DNA of 62,168 nt from a virus (Duplodnaviria > Caudoviricetes): positions 1-62,168 of the IMG/VR virus record IMGVR_UViG_3300018432_000570; one strand, 5' to 3'. The translations under genes were made by a program, and so were the position numbers. Below the pieces are notes generated by a model. The model had not been told where the DNA came from. It ran no database searches and worked only from the letters and a program-made list of their open reading frames with translations. Every line of letters begins with the position of its first letter. The stretch's first letter is position 1. Positions 34,477 through 42,559 of the stretch are shown piece after piece.

Positions 34477-34895
34477 GTGGTTAGCGTCAAGACGGTGACC
34501 TTGCCCCCCGTCTTCGTGCATCGGCCAGCGGCGATGCGAACCGCCTCCTCGGGAGATTTACCGCAATCCATGGCCGCAAATGCAAATCTTGCCCCAGACC
34601 CGATAGCATAGGGTGGGTCGATTTCATCGAAGGTGCAATCGTAGAAGTACGTCCGAGGGCGCCGTCCTTGGGTTAGAACTAGGGCGGAAAACCCGCTAGA
34701 CAGCTTCGGCTTCTTGCCTCCCCGCTCCAGCCATTCTTCGAAGACGATGTCGTCCCCGGAGTCTCCGCAGAAGCCAATCAAGCTCCCTGAGGGAAGGCGT
34801 CTCACCTTCACGCTCGTCTCGTTAACGATGTAATCGTGGAACGTGATGCGCCCGTCCCCTGCCATGCTTTGGCCATCGGTGGCGATTGTTGTCAC
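34473..34895 (-). CDS. HslV/proteasome-beta-like Ntn hydrolase
   Basis: M-TTIA N-terminus, AGDGR, K~29, LIGFCG, YAIGSGARFA, TGG. Confidence 0.8.
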   Translation of the reverse strand: MTTIATDGQSMAGDGRITFHDYIVNETSVKVRRLPSGSLIGFCGDSGDDIVFEEWLERGGKKPKLSSGFSALVLTQGRRPRTYFYDCTFDEIDPPYAIGSGARFAFAAMDCGKSPEEAVRIAAGRCTKTGGKVTVLTLTT

Positions 34896-36436
34896 CTCAG
34901 CCTCTCCACTTCGATCCCTGCCTCGCCGGCCGCCCTCGCCGCCAGCATTGGATCCGCCAAGGCCAAAGCGAACTCATCCGCCGGCATTTGCTCCAGGTGG
35001 TCGAGCAGAGCGATCCGGAGAAATTCCGGGTTAGTAACGCCCTTCAGCTTGTCCTCTAACGGCGCGATGAACGCGGCTACAGCCTCATTGCCCCGCTCAG
35101 ACAAGGCCGAAACTAGGCGGTCGATTGCGTCGACGTCGCGAGCGGAGAACTCGGGCGGATCATCTGGCGGCATATCGTCCGGACTGCCCAAGTTCAGTGT
35201 CTCAGGCTTCCTGAACTCATAGCCCTTCCCGTACCGGTCCGCGAAGGCGTCCGGGGTCAGGTGCCAGCCTAGCCCCTTAAGGGTCGTGTCGCGATCGGCC
35301 AACTCACCGAGATCCTCCGGCTCATCCATGACCCGGAAGACCTGCGGCGGTTTTGCCCCGGGGAAATTCCATTCGGTCAGCCAGCGCCCCGGGCCGCGGT
35401 TGTAGCTGGCGCACAGCTTGTCGGCGTCAGATTTGGTGATTTCCTTCCGGACGTCCATGTGAACTTCGGCCTGGGACCGGCTGGAGCCGTCCTCGGTCGT
35501 CATCGTCTGGCTGAGAATGATCCGGGTGATTGCCGCATCGCACCGGTCGATCAGCAGCTCATAGCCTCCCGGGCCCGACCTGGCCGCGTCCAGTAGATCG
35601 AGCTGAAGCCAATCCGGAACTGCGATGGCACCATCCGAAGCGACCGATCGCAGCGCGTCCAATGCCTTTTGGCGGCCCTCGAGGCTGTCGAGCTGGCCGG
35701 CCGAGACCTTGCCCACGACTGTCGGCGATCCAAACCGCTCGAGGTACCTCAGCCAGAACGGGAATCCCTGGCGCTTGAAGAAGACGGGCCAGAAGAGCCA
35801 GTGAGCGAGGCCCACCCCGTAGTGCTGGAAGCTGTGATCGTTGCCGTGTCGGAAGACCCAGAACTTGCGCTCGGGGACGGGCTCATCCCTCACACCCATC
35901 GCGTCGATGATGCGAAGCTCGCCGTCGGCACCGAAGCCGAACCATGCGCGGTCGGGCACGTCAATGCGGTCCAGTCCGACCATCCCGGCCCATTCCTCCC
36001 CTTGGGGAATGATGCGATAGACCGGCTCGCCGACGGCAAAGCCGAACCAGATGCCGTACATCATCAACTCCGTCGTCTCGTCAAATTCGATCGACTTGAG
36101 CTGATACCGCTGGAACTCGGCGGCCTTCTTCGACTTGCGATCGTCGCCCCCGCCCTCGACCGTCCAATCGTGCGACTTGACTGCCTCGATCCTCTGCTGG
36201 AAGCAGGATTTGCAGCGGTCGTCGTCGAGAATGTCCCGCCATAGCGCCAGGTCATTCCCGCCGTGAGCGGTGAGGATTGCGTCGTCATTCGCCACCCGCT
36301 TGCCCAGAAGGCCGGAGTAGCGCCAAGCGTGGCGATCCATGGCCCGCTGCGCTGACAGCGAGCGCTCCACTCTCTCCGCCCTCGGCGCTGCGAGGAAGGA
36401 GGTCGCCGCGGCCCGGATGCGGTCAATTACGGTCAT
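34892..36436 (-). CDS. Portal protein (Mu gp29 / DUF935-like)
   Basis: YGVGL...LFWPVFFK, YLERFGSP, ILSQTMTT..GSSRSQAEVH. Confidence 0.9.
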   Translation of the reverse strand: MTVIDRIRAAATSFLAAPRAERVERSLSAQRAMDRHAWRYSGLLGKRVANDDAILTAHGGNDLALWRDILDDDRCKSCFQQRIEAVKSHDWTVEGGGDDRKSKKAAEFQRYQLKSIEFDETTELMMYGIWFGFAVGEPVYRIIPQGEEWAGMVGLDRIDVPDRAWFGFGADGELRIIDAMGVRDEPVPERKFWVFRHGNDHSFQHYGVGLAHWLFWPVFFKRQGFPFWLRYLERFGSPTVVGKVSAGQLDSLEGRQKALDALRSVASDGAIAVPDWLQLDLLDAARSGPGGYELLIDRCDAAITRIILSQTMTTEDGSSRSQAEVHMDVRKEITKSDADKLCASYNRGPGRWLTEWNFPGAKPPQVFRVMDEPEDLGELADRDTTLKGLGWHLTPDAFADRYGKGYEFRKPETLNLGSPDDMPPDDPPEFSARDVDAIDRLVSALSERGNEAVAAFIAPLEDKLKGVTNPEFLRIALLDHLEQMPADEFALALADPMLAARAAGEAGIEVERLR

Positions 36437-37779
36437 CTGGTCATTCCCCCTACTGCGCGGCCGGCGCCCCACATGCTGAGTGTCCGCGACGATCCCGATC
36501 TCGGCAGCGAAACATGATCCATGGAGCCTCCGGCTCGACGCACAGCTTCCAAGGCATATCGAAGCGCATCAATCGTGTGGTTCTTCTTGTCGGCCAGGAC
36601 CGGCAGGACCAACCCCGTCCGAGGATCAACCTTCCAGCTGTAGAAGGTGAGCTCGTCGATAACGTGCTGGCATCGCGGATGGACGGCGATGTCGACGCTC
36701 TTCAGGAACTCGACGCCGTCCTCGACCGATCCTGCCCCTTTGATCGCGGGCTGGATGTCGAAGCCGCGGCTCTTCATGTAATCAATCGTCTCCGGCCGGG
36801 CGGAGTCGGCGATGATGGGCCATTTATGGGCTCCCGGAACACCCGGATAAGCGCTTGGGTTTTCCCACCTTGCGGGGTCCCGGTAGTCGCTGCCGGCGAA
36901 TAGAGCAGGCGTACTGTCTATCGGACAGCCGACCGCGTATGCCTCCTGGTCGACATAGAGCGTCCTACCTTCCAACCAACACCGAATAAGGACGGTCGGA
37001 TCGATGCTGAAGCCCCAGTCGGCGCCAAAGCGATAAACGCCGTCCTCAGGTCCATGGTCGAACTCTTCAACGCGCCAGTTGTGAAAGACACGCGCCTCGC
37101 TGTTGCGCTTATACTGGCCGAGCCAGATATGCTGGTACTTCTCCGGGTCCCGGCGCCGGTCCCACTCCATCTCGCTCTTCAGAGGATCACCGAACCAAGG
37201 ATTCTGGGGGTAGTTGACCTCTCGCACGATAGAACCGGGCGGGGGCTGACCACCGCGAAACATGACATCCACCGGATCGTTAGGCTGGTCCGGATTCCAG
37301 TCCCACCAGATCTCGGATCCGGGTAGGCGGACTGTGGGGGTGAGGGTGGTGATGCTATCTTGGCTCACCGCACTGGCCTCGGTCACGTAGGCGATGGAAA
37401 TGCCTTCGGAGGACTTGATGCTGGCGACGTTCGTCCTGAGGCCGGCGAACGATACCAAAGTGCCGTTCCGTCCCCTGATCTCGCTTTGCAAGCTGTGGTA
37501 GAAGCCGTCTCCGTTCGTCGGGCCCAATCCCATTTGGGGGATAAGATCGTCCAGCAGCTTTTTGATCGATCCCTCGATCGAGCGTTGAATCTCACGCGCG
37601 CACAGGATGCGTTCCGGCTTGACCGATCCGCGAAAGAGCAGGCCCCGGGCAAAGGAATGAGACTTCGTGCTGCCGCGGCCGCCGTGGAGAGCCCTGTGAC
37701 GCACAGGGAGGCCGTCATCGGCGGTCATGGCGAATAGCGGCTCTTCCATGCACTCAGGGAGTTGAAGGTCAACCTGCAT
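36433..37779 (-). CDS. terL: Terminase large subunit (PBSX type)
   Basis: GGRGSTKS Walker A, CAREIQRSI, GADWGFSIDP, NHTIDALRYA. Confidence 0.95.
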   Translation of the reverse strand: MQVDLQLPECMEEPLFAMTADDGLPVRHRALHGGRGSTKSHSFARGLLFRGSVKPERILCAREIQRSIEGSIKKLLDDLIPQMGLGPTNGDGFYHSLQSEIRGRNGTLVSFAGLRTNVASIKSSEGISIAYVTEASAVSQDSITTLTPTVRLPGSEIWWDWNPDQPNDPVDVMFRGGQPPPGSIVREVNYPQNPWFGDPLKSEMEWDRRRDPEKYQHIWLGQYKRNSEARVFHNWRVEEFDHGPEDGVYRFGADWGFSIDPTVLIRCWLEGRTLYVDQEAYAVGCPIDSTPALFAGSDYRDPARWENPSAYPGVPGAHKWPIIADSARPETIDYMKSRGFDIQPAIKGAGSVEDGVEFLKSVDIAVHPRCQHVIDELTFYSWKVDPRTGLVLPVLADKKNHTIDALRYALEAVRRAGGSMDHVSLPRSGSSRTLSMWGAGRAVGGMTR

Positions 37780-38182
37780 CGGCCACCTCTCCCGGGCGCA
37801 CGAAGCGGACCGTCGCGTCGATCTTCATGTCGAACGGCGCGTCGGGATCGCCGGCAAGAGTCGTGCGGTCTCCGTAGCGTTTCGGAGCGAGTTTCGAAGC
37901 CATCCATTGAAGCCCGGCCAGCTTGACCCGAGCAGACTTAGCGGTGCCCTCAGCCACGTCGTCGACCACCTGGAGAACGCGGTCGAAATATTCGTCAGCC
38001 TGGATGTCACGCGCGCGGGCGCACTTGGCCGCGAAATCCTCATTCTCCATTTGCCACCGACGAACCGTTTCCCGGTCGGGCATTCCGTCTTCGTCACAAA
38101 TCTTGCGCAGGGACATCCCGCTAGCCAGCTTTGCGCATATATCATCGGCGAGCGCGGTGTCGTAGGAGGATGGGCGGCCCAT
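37769..38182 (-). CDS. terS: Terminase small subunit
   Basis: MGRPSSY..ICAKLASGMSLRKIC, WMASKLAPKRYGD. Confidence 0.9.
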   Translation of the reverse strand: MGRPSSYDTALADDICAKLASGMSLRKICDEDGMPDRETVRRWQMENEDFAAKCARARDIQADEYFDRVLQVVDDVAEGTAKSARVKLAGLQWMASKLAPKRYGDRTTLAGDPDAPFDMKIDATVRFVRPGEVADAG

Positions 38183-38186
38183 CTCT

Positions 38187-38411
38187 TTACTTCCGCCGCT
38201 TCGGCAGGACCGTTACAACCCTGCACCCATCCTGGATGATAAGCCTCACCCCGTGGCAAATCACGACCGGGGCGCCAAAGTCGACGGCTGGGCGAGCGGC
38301 GGATACCATCTCGTCCCTCACCGCTTCAACGTCGAGGCCGTAGCCGCGCTCGAGGTAACGCAGGATCGCATGGTCCGTGATGTAGACGGCACTGGCCTTG
38401 CCTCGGGTCAT
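38187..38411 (-). CDS. Small hypothetical protein
   Basis: ITDHAILRYLER...VVTVL; start uncertain, buried in predicted RNA structure. Confidence 0.6.
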   Translation of the reverse strand: MTRGKASAVYITDHAILRYLERGYGLDVEAVRDEMVSAARPAVDFGAPVVICHGVRLIIQDGCRVVTVLPKRRK

Positions 38412-38500
38412 GGCACCGGGAGCCAGATGACCCGCCGGTGCCACTTTATCCCGATCGGCCTCTGTCCCGAGGTGCCCGTTGAATGGGACGCTCGGACGGT
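38404..38500 (-). ncRNA. Putative structured late-leader RNA
   Basis: Stems GGCACCGG/CCGGUGCC and CGGGUCAU/AUGACCCG plus a hairpin holding GGGCACCUCGGGAC; lies just downstream of the late-promoter motif. Confidence 0.45.
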
Positions 38501-38878
38501 TCACGTTTGCGGCTTTGGTTTGGAAGCCGGACGCGTGTCCCGCCTTTCGGATCGATACCGACGGACGGACCTTTCGGTGCACTGGACCAACTCGACTATC
38601 TCGTCGTCAGTCTTGCCCGCATCTATGAAGGCGACGATTATGGAACGGCGAGATGGTGGAGTGGTGGGCCGCCGGTTGGGGATGTCAACGTGGAACCCGC
38701 CGAAGCTCTCGACCAGACTGGCGGCCTTGTCCTCGCCTAGCCACTGGATAATCTGCTGCGCCCCGGCAACGTGGGTCGGCACGTAGAGCCGGCGTCCGCC
38801 GCGGACGCTGACGAGCGCCTCGAAGCCGGTGAAGCCGATTGTCTCCACGATCTCGTCAATATTGCCTATTGCGGGCAT
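38501..38878 (-). CDS. Mor/C-like late transcription activator
   Basis: IG..GFEALVSVRGGRRLYVP, FGGFHVDIP, C-terminal HTH (EIVELVQCTERSVRRY). Confidence 0.7.
   Translation of the reverse strand: MPAIGNIDEIVETIGFTGFEALVSVRGGRRLYVPTHVAGAQQIIQWLGEDKAASLVESFGGFHVDIPNRRPTTPPSRRSIIVAFIDAGKTDDEIVELVQCTERSVRRYRSERRDTRPASKPKPQT
38527..38542. promoter_or_regulatory. Putative late-activator site
   Basis: CCGGACGCGTGTCCCG in the 3' end of the activator gene, upstream of terS. Confidence 0.65.
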
Positions 38879-38906
38879 AGCCCTCTCCCGCTCTGTGTAG
38901 ATGTGG

Positions 38907-39674
38907 TCATGCTGTTGCCTGTCGCTGGATTCGTTGGGTTAGATCGCCGATGCCGGCCGGTTTGAAGGTCCGCCGGTCCTCAGAACGAGACTTTCCCGGC
39001 GGCGGCCAGCGTCGGTAGTGGGCGTCCCGGAGCTTGCACCATTCGTCGAAGGGGAGCTGGTCTTTCGCCTTGGTCAGCGCGGCGAGGGCGCTAGTCTCGG
39101 CTGGATCCATCTCGCGCTTGGCGAACTTCGTCTCAGGTTCGGCAAACTTGGCCTGGCGCATGACCTGGCCGCTCACAGCGACGATCCGGTTTGCCCAAGC
39201 CCGGTCCCAGTTCGATTTGCGGGCTCGAGCCCCGCTTTCGGCGAGCCAGAAGTTCCGGAATGCCTCGGCTTCGGCGCGGTAGGACGCCGCCGGCCACTTT
39301 TCGGCGAGGCTTCGGGCTTCCGGGGTCAGCTCGGCGATGGAGGGTGGGTTCCAATCCTCAGGGATTTTCGATCCGCGGTCACGGCCCTTGGGGGCTGTTG
39401 AGGCGCTAGCCTCAACTGGGGGAACCGGGGGGTTAGATATATACTCATTGGGGGGGCAGGAAACGGACGCGTCGTCCAAATCTGCCGAGTCTGCCGATTT
39501 CTGCCGACGACGCTCGGCTTGGTAAAGACGATCACGTTCACGGCGGCGCTCTGCGGCTTCGTCCACCGACGTGGGAATTGCTGCCTCTATGTCCTCCACG
39601 GCACGCAGCAAAGCTTCGCCGGTGACTCCGGCAGCCATGAGATGGCGCAAGGCGGTGGAGATGACGCCGCTCAT
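38907..39674 (-). CDS. Putative replication initiator
   Basis: RRRERDR..Q, RGSKIPEDWNP, FRNFW....ARKSNW..AW.N; internal TCTGCCGA x3. Confidence 0.7.
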   Translation of the reverse strand: MSGVISTALRHLMAAGVTGEALLRAVEDIEAAIPTSVDEAAERRRERDRLYQAERRRQKSADSADLDDASVSCPPNEYISNPPVPPVEASASTAPKGRDRGSKIPEDWNPPSIAELTPEARSLAEKWPAASYRAEAEAFRNFWLAESGARARKSNWDRAWANRIVAVSGQVMRQAKFAEPETKFAKREMDPAETSALAALTKAKDQLPFDEWCKLRDAHYRRWPPPGKSRSEDRRTFKPAGIGDLTQRIQRQATA

Positions 39675-40063
39675 CCGTCACCAACGCAAAAGTTTTCGGG
39701 ATCGTTCGAGGCTAGCCCGTGATCGATGATGTGCTGCTCGATGATAGAGAATAGATCCGAAGGCGCCCGAAACCACTCTCCGCTGGCGCGATGCGGCGCT
39801 AGCTGGACGTGCAGCGCGGCTTCCATGCGACGGCAGCCGGGTAAGAAGCCCAGAATGCGAAGGTGCTTGTGATTGCCCGTTTGCAGAGCAGCCATCCGCC
39901 TCCTTGGGTCTGATTTGCTGAACCCTATCTTCACATGCTTGTCTTGGCTTCCGGCCGTAACAACGAAGTAGACATAGCCCTCGCACGGGCCAAAGGCCGT
40001 CGACCGGCCCTCCCACCCCAGGTCCAGAACCTCTTTTATGAGCCGGTCCATTTCTGCGCTCAT
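39671..40063 (-). CDS. GIY-YIG (T5orf172-like) nuclease domain protein
   Basis: GYVYFV..VKIGFS..P..RM..LQTGN...E..LH.....R..GEWF. Confidence 0.85.
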   Translation of the reverse strand: MSAEMDRLIKEVLDLGWEGRSTAFGPCEGYVYFVVTAGSQDKHVKIGFSKSDPRRRMAALQTGNHKHLRILGFLPGCRRMEAALHVQLAPHRASGEWFRAPSDLFSIIEQHIIDHGLASNDPENFCVGDG

Positions 40064-40245
40064 GCAGCTTCTCCGACGAACATGCTGAGCTGACGCTGGC
40101 CCTGTATGAAAAGCTGCATGGCCTCGATCGCCGCCGTGGCGAGCTCGTCGCACCTCTCCTCCCAGGTCATGTCTGGGGACTGGCAAAGGTAGCGCTCAGC
40201 GATCCCGACAGAGACGGCGCTATGGGCCTCGTCAAAATCGCTCAT
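40060..40245 (-). CDS. Hypothetical protein
   Basis: GGAGGG RBS, ATGA-coupled. Confidence 0.6.
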   Translation of the reverse strand: MSDFDEAHSAVSVGIAERYLCQSPDMTWEERCDELATAAIEAMQLFIQGQRQLSMFVGEAA

Positions 40246-40634
40246 TTCCCCTCCTTCAGCATAGAGGGTGACGGTGCCGACAATGATTTATCCGCCTCGT
40301 TGCGTAGGAAACGCGCTAGGGTAGCAAAGTCAGGATCCTCTCGTTCGAGGCGCTTCGCTTGAGCCAGGCCATGGATGACGGTAGTGTGATCGCTCCTGCC
40401 CAGCTCATGAGCAATCTGTGGCAAGGACTTTTGGCATTCCCGCGCTACCGCCATTATTGCGAAGCGAACGTAGGCCACCCTTCTTGTCCTCTGAGGCCCG
40501 ATGATGGTGGCGGGATGGATCTCAGTTACAAGGGAGGCCGCCTCGATTAGATGCCGTATCAGGGCGACCCCGAATCGGAATCTCAACCTATAAGGAAGCA
40601 CCTCGGCGACCGCGGGAGCAGACGATAGGATCAC
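40242..40634 (-). CDS. DnaA C-terminal HTH domain protein
   Basis: SLPQIAHELGRSDHTTVIHG signature. Confidence 0.85.
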   Translation of the reverse strand: MILSSAPAVAEVLPYRLRFRFGVALIRHLIEAASLVTEIHPATIIGPQRTRRVAYVRFAIMAVARECQKSLPQIAHELGRSDHTTVIHGLAQAKRLEREDPDFATLARFLRNEADKSLSAPSPSMLKEGK

Positions 40635-40978
40635 GACGGCACCTCGATCCCGATGACGACTTTGCCCCGCCCTTTGATCGGCTCGCAGAAGTGGTAGGAC
40701 GGCAGGAAGCGGCTGTCGTTGACGCCCAGGGCTTCGGCGATTCCGTCGAAGTAGGGCTTCAGCCGATTGGGAAAGTTCACCCGATCGCCGCGGCGGTCAG
40801 GCGGATAGAAGCCGACGATAACCCGGATGTCACCCCGAGCCGGAGCGCGTACCTTGGCCGCTAGGGTGGCATTGCGCGCCCACAGGCGATGCTGGGCGAC
40901 GATGGCCGCCTTTCCCCTCCAATGGCCCTTGTTGTGGCCTGAGAGGCTGGCAGGGGGCCAGGGCAGCTCGATCGTCAC
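40631..40978 (-). CDS. RusA-like Holliday junction resolvase
   Basis: IELPWPP, FYPPDRRGDRVN...K...DGIAEALGVNDSRF. Confidence 0.8.
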   Translation of the reverse strand: MTIELPWPPASLSGHNKGHWRGKAAIVAQHRLWARNATLAAKVRAPARGDIRVIVGFYPPDRRGDRVNFPNRLKPYFDGIAEALGVNDSRFLPSYHFCEPIKGRGKVVIGIEVPS

Positions 40979-41805
40979 GCCCGCCGATCCCGTAGCCGGT
41001 CTTTCGCAATCTCGGCGAGGGTGGGTTTGGCGATGAGCCTGAGGCGGCCTTGTCCGCGCTTTTGCGCCACGAAATGGTCTATTTCAGTTTTACCGCCGCT
41101 AGATAGCCATTCTCGGCTAGTCATTTCATCAAATAGATGGACTACGCTCCCTCCCACTGAGGGAAAACGGACCTGAGAGCTGCGCAAAACGTGATAGCGT
41201 ACCAGTCTTCGTGTGACGAACTGTGAAGAGCCCTTGGGTCTTTGACCTTTGCCATATCCGCATAGCTCTAACACTCCGAGCGAGCTGATCCCCTCTACGA
41301 CCGCGTATCGCCCGGAGAGAATAGTTTCGTTTACAGCAACGGGAAGAAGTGATTCTCTAAACTCACGCATTTCCTTGCGGATAATTGCCTGGACCACTCC
41401 ACCCATCACTTTGAGAGCTTCCTCGGCGAACTGGGTCACTCTTACGTCTTCGGTGGCATGACCGCGACGAAACGCCGGAAGCACAACGCCCGTCACCCAC
41501 TTCCGCAATTTGTAGGGGGCCGTACCGGGCTTCATGGCATCCCGACACCGGAGAGCAAGGGTGAACACGCCAGCTTCACTGAGAACGGTTCGGCGACGAA
41601 CTTGGCTGACCCCATTTGAGCTGGGGTATCTTAAAGGTACCTCAGCCCTTTCGTCCCTATCGAGCTGCCTTACCGCTTTCCGGGAATTCTTGATGTTCAG
41701 AGCCTTGCATACGTCAACGGCCAAAAAACACGGGTAACCGTCGTTATCGGCTATCAGAATGGTTTGGTCCTCGAACGCGAAAGGTATCGTCGTAAGATCG
41801 TTCAT
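40975..41805 (-). CDS. BRO-N domain protein (antirepressor-like)
   Basis: FLAVDVCKALNIKNSR.AV..LD.DE, LSEAGVFTL, RKWVT..VLP. Confidence 0.85.
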   Translation of the reverse strand: MNDLTTIPFAFEDQTILIADNDGYPCFLAVDVCKALNIKNSRKAVRQLDRDERAEVPLRYPSSNGVSQVRRRTVLSEAGVFTLALRCRDAMKPGTAPYKLRKWVTGVVLPAFRRGHATEDVRVTQFAEEALKVMGGVVQAIIRKEMREFRESLLPVAVNETILSGRYAVVEGISSLGVLELCGYGKGQRPKGSSQFVTRRLVRYHVLRSSQVRFPSVGGSVVHLFDEMTSREWLSSGGKTEIDHFVAQKRGQGRLRLIAKPTLAEIAKDRLRDRRA

Positions 41806-42281
41806 GCCGCCACGCTCCCAACCGCGCGAAGCTGGGCGCCCCGGGCCATCATCCGAGTGCCGACAGCACGAAGGACCGGACGCTCGTCGCGATCGAACCG
41901 ACCATCAGCGGCTGCTCGAGCTACGGCGGCGCAATCTTCCGCGCTGTCGGCGGCGATCTCACCGGCAGGAAGGTCCTCGGGGTTCGGTATCCAGAAGGCC
42001 CCTTGCTGTGCTAGGGACAGCCATTCGCAAGTGAAATCGGGACCAAGAAACGAAGAGAGCGAAAGCAGGGCGTCAAGGCTCAAGTCGCGCCAGTCCGTAG
42101 AGCCGGGATCGCACATCGCGCATTCGATGAGGCGATCCGGAACGCCCGATCCATTGGACGCCTGCTTCACCGAATAGCGCTTGCCGCGCCCGACGAACAT
42201 GCGAATAGCGTTGCGGATCTTGTCCCGAGCCTCGCTGCGGGAAATGAGGGGCGATTTATCCGCTGAACCGTTCGAACTCAT
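41802..42281 (-). CDS. Putative CII-like regulator
   Basis: HTH-like N-terminal half, AAADGRFDRDE motif, position in the early lytic operon. Confidence 0.55.
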   Translation of the reverse strand: MSSNGSADKSPLISRSEARDKIRNAIRMFVGRGKRYSVKQASNGSGVPDRLIECAMCDPGSTDWRDLSLDALLSLSSFLGPDFTCEWLSLAQQGAFWIPNPEDLPAGEIAADSAEDCAAVARAAADGRFDRDERPVLRAVGTRMMARGAQLRAVGSVAA

Positions 42282-42556
42282 ATCCTATTTCCGCTTTCAT
42301 GGACACGTGGAAGGTCAGGGGGCGTGGGGACGCTCCGGGAGAGATATTGCTCGAGGGAGGCCGCGAGATCGTCGAGCCGGGACCGGATGATTCCGCGAAG
42401 ATCCTGAGCATCGGCGAGCTCGTCGCGGTCATCCTGTCCCGCTTTCAGAACCTCGATGACCTCAGCGACGAACCGGCGGGCGATCCAGATCACGACGATG
42501 CCAGGAAGGATTATGAGAGCGCCGATGGCGATGGCGAGATAAGCGGAGGGGGGCAT
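42278..42556 (-). CDS. Small membrane protein
   Basis: N-terminal TM helix; coupled to neighbours. Confidence 0.55.
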   Translation of the reverse strand: MPPSAYLAIAIGALIILPGIVVIWIARRFVAEVIEVLKAGQDDRDELADAQDLRGIIRSRLDDLAASLEQYLSRSVPTPPDLPRVHESGNRI

Positions 42557-42559
42557 GGC

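Noticed and set aside
29561-38878. Transposable Mu-like prophage or gene transfer agent
   Set aside because: No MuA/MuB; has int, att, replication and immunity modules.
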